64,000 nt of DNA from Balamuthia mandrillaris (taxonomy: Eukaryota): NCBI GenBank assembly GCA_031835245.2, contig JAVKOQ020000045.1, positions 1-64,000 on the forward strand, in the 5' to 3' direction. Positions 63,307-64,000 of the stretch are shown one piece after another (the first letter of the stretch is position 1; the number at the start of each line of letters is the position of its first letter). The position numbers and the translations under genes were made by a program. The notes beneath the pieces are model-generated. The model did not search any database, was not told the origin of the DNA, and saw only the letters and a list, made by a program, of their open reading frames with translations.

Positions 63307-63442
63307 TGTGATAAGGCTGATAGAAAAGCAACTTAACAGATACTAACTTGATGGGTGTAGAAAAGACCTTTAATAGAATGAAAGAAAGAGAGATATATAC
63401 AAGGAGAGATAGGGATAGGTATTATGAGAGAGTAGTATAACA
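63307..63442 (-). mobile_element. Solo LTR of the gypsy element with GTAT TSD
   Basis: TG..CA copy flanked by GTAT at 63303-63306 and 63443-63446. Confidence 0.92.
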
Positions 63443-64000
63443 GTATTTTTTCTTTTTTTTGAACTTCAATCATTAGTAATTTGTTAAAAGTACTTTTTCT
63501 TTTTTTTGTATTACCTAGCACTTTAAAGTTTTTCCAAAATACTTTTTTTCTTACTTGTTTTATGTGAGAAAATACTGATAAACCCAAAAGTTGATTGTGC
63601 ACTGTAAAAAGTTGTATTAAATACTTTGATAGTTATTAGTATTGGTGTAGTTTTAAATGTAATAATTGAAGTTATAACATATTTTTACTGAGCTTTACCT
63701 TTGTAATTTATGAATGTGTTTCTTTTCAATTTAGCAACTAATAATTTGATAATAACATTGCAAAAGTGTATGAAAGAAACATTATTACTATTTAATTGCT
63801 TTTCTTTTTCTAATAATAATATACTGAAGTAATATTATAAAACACTATGAATAAATAGCAGGTTACTGTGTTACTAGAATAGGGCAGTTCTTAGAGTCTG
63901 AATGAATGAGGTTGCTGTCCTCTGGATTTCATAAGGATGTGCTGGTAATTGCTGATAGGGACCATTACTCAACTGAAGAAAGGATAGTGTGTTATTAATG

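Noticed and set aside
63061..63442. TRIM (miniature LTR element) formed by the two LTR copies
   Set aside because: No PBS or PPT between them, and the second copy has its own TSD

Overview
Eukaryotic window, most likely from a free-living amoebozoan of the Acanthamoeba/Balamuthia type (inferred from UGA=Trp mitochondrial genes including nad11, TTAGGG telomeres, a FAR-DHAPAT fusion and compact intron-rich genes). Bases 1-7587 are mitochondrial DNA (nad4, nad11, nad2, rps2, a very long rps4, an unknown ORF) joined directly to the distal end of a ~300 bp (CCCTAA)n telomeric tract. This is either an assembly chimera or a terminal NUMT. A short decayed subtelomere follows: a TIR/DDE transposon with ATT TSD, a chromodomain Ty3/gypsy element with 138 bp LTRs, and a CpG-decayed RS/RE-repeat region. 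About 45 kb of densely packed nuclear genes come next (paladin, calreticulin, DUF389, RPAC2, LARGE-like GT49, V-ATPase e, ALDH, PEBP/mL38-like, SMIM7, PAM18, MYND-UBE3D, SDR epimerase, FARAT, USP7 fragment, mtRF-R, CaMKII-hub protein, XLF, UROS, PARP-type Zn finger, TPR-SET). The window ends in an AT-rich zone with two solo LTRs. The most notable signals are the mito-telomere junction, candidate C/U RNA-editing sites in nad11, a strong CpG-deamination signature around repeats, and a candidate structured ncRNA. Exon boundaries were read by eye and all product calls rest on motif recognition, not database searches.
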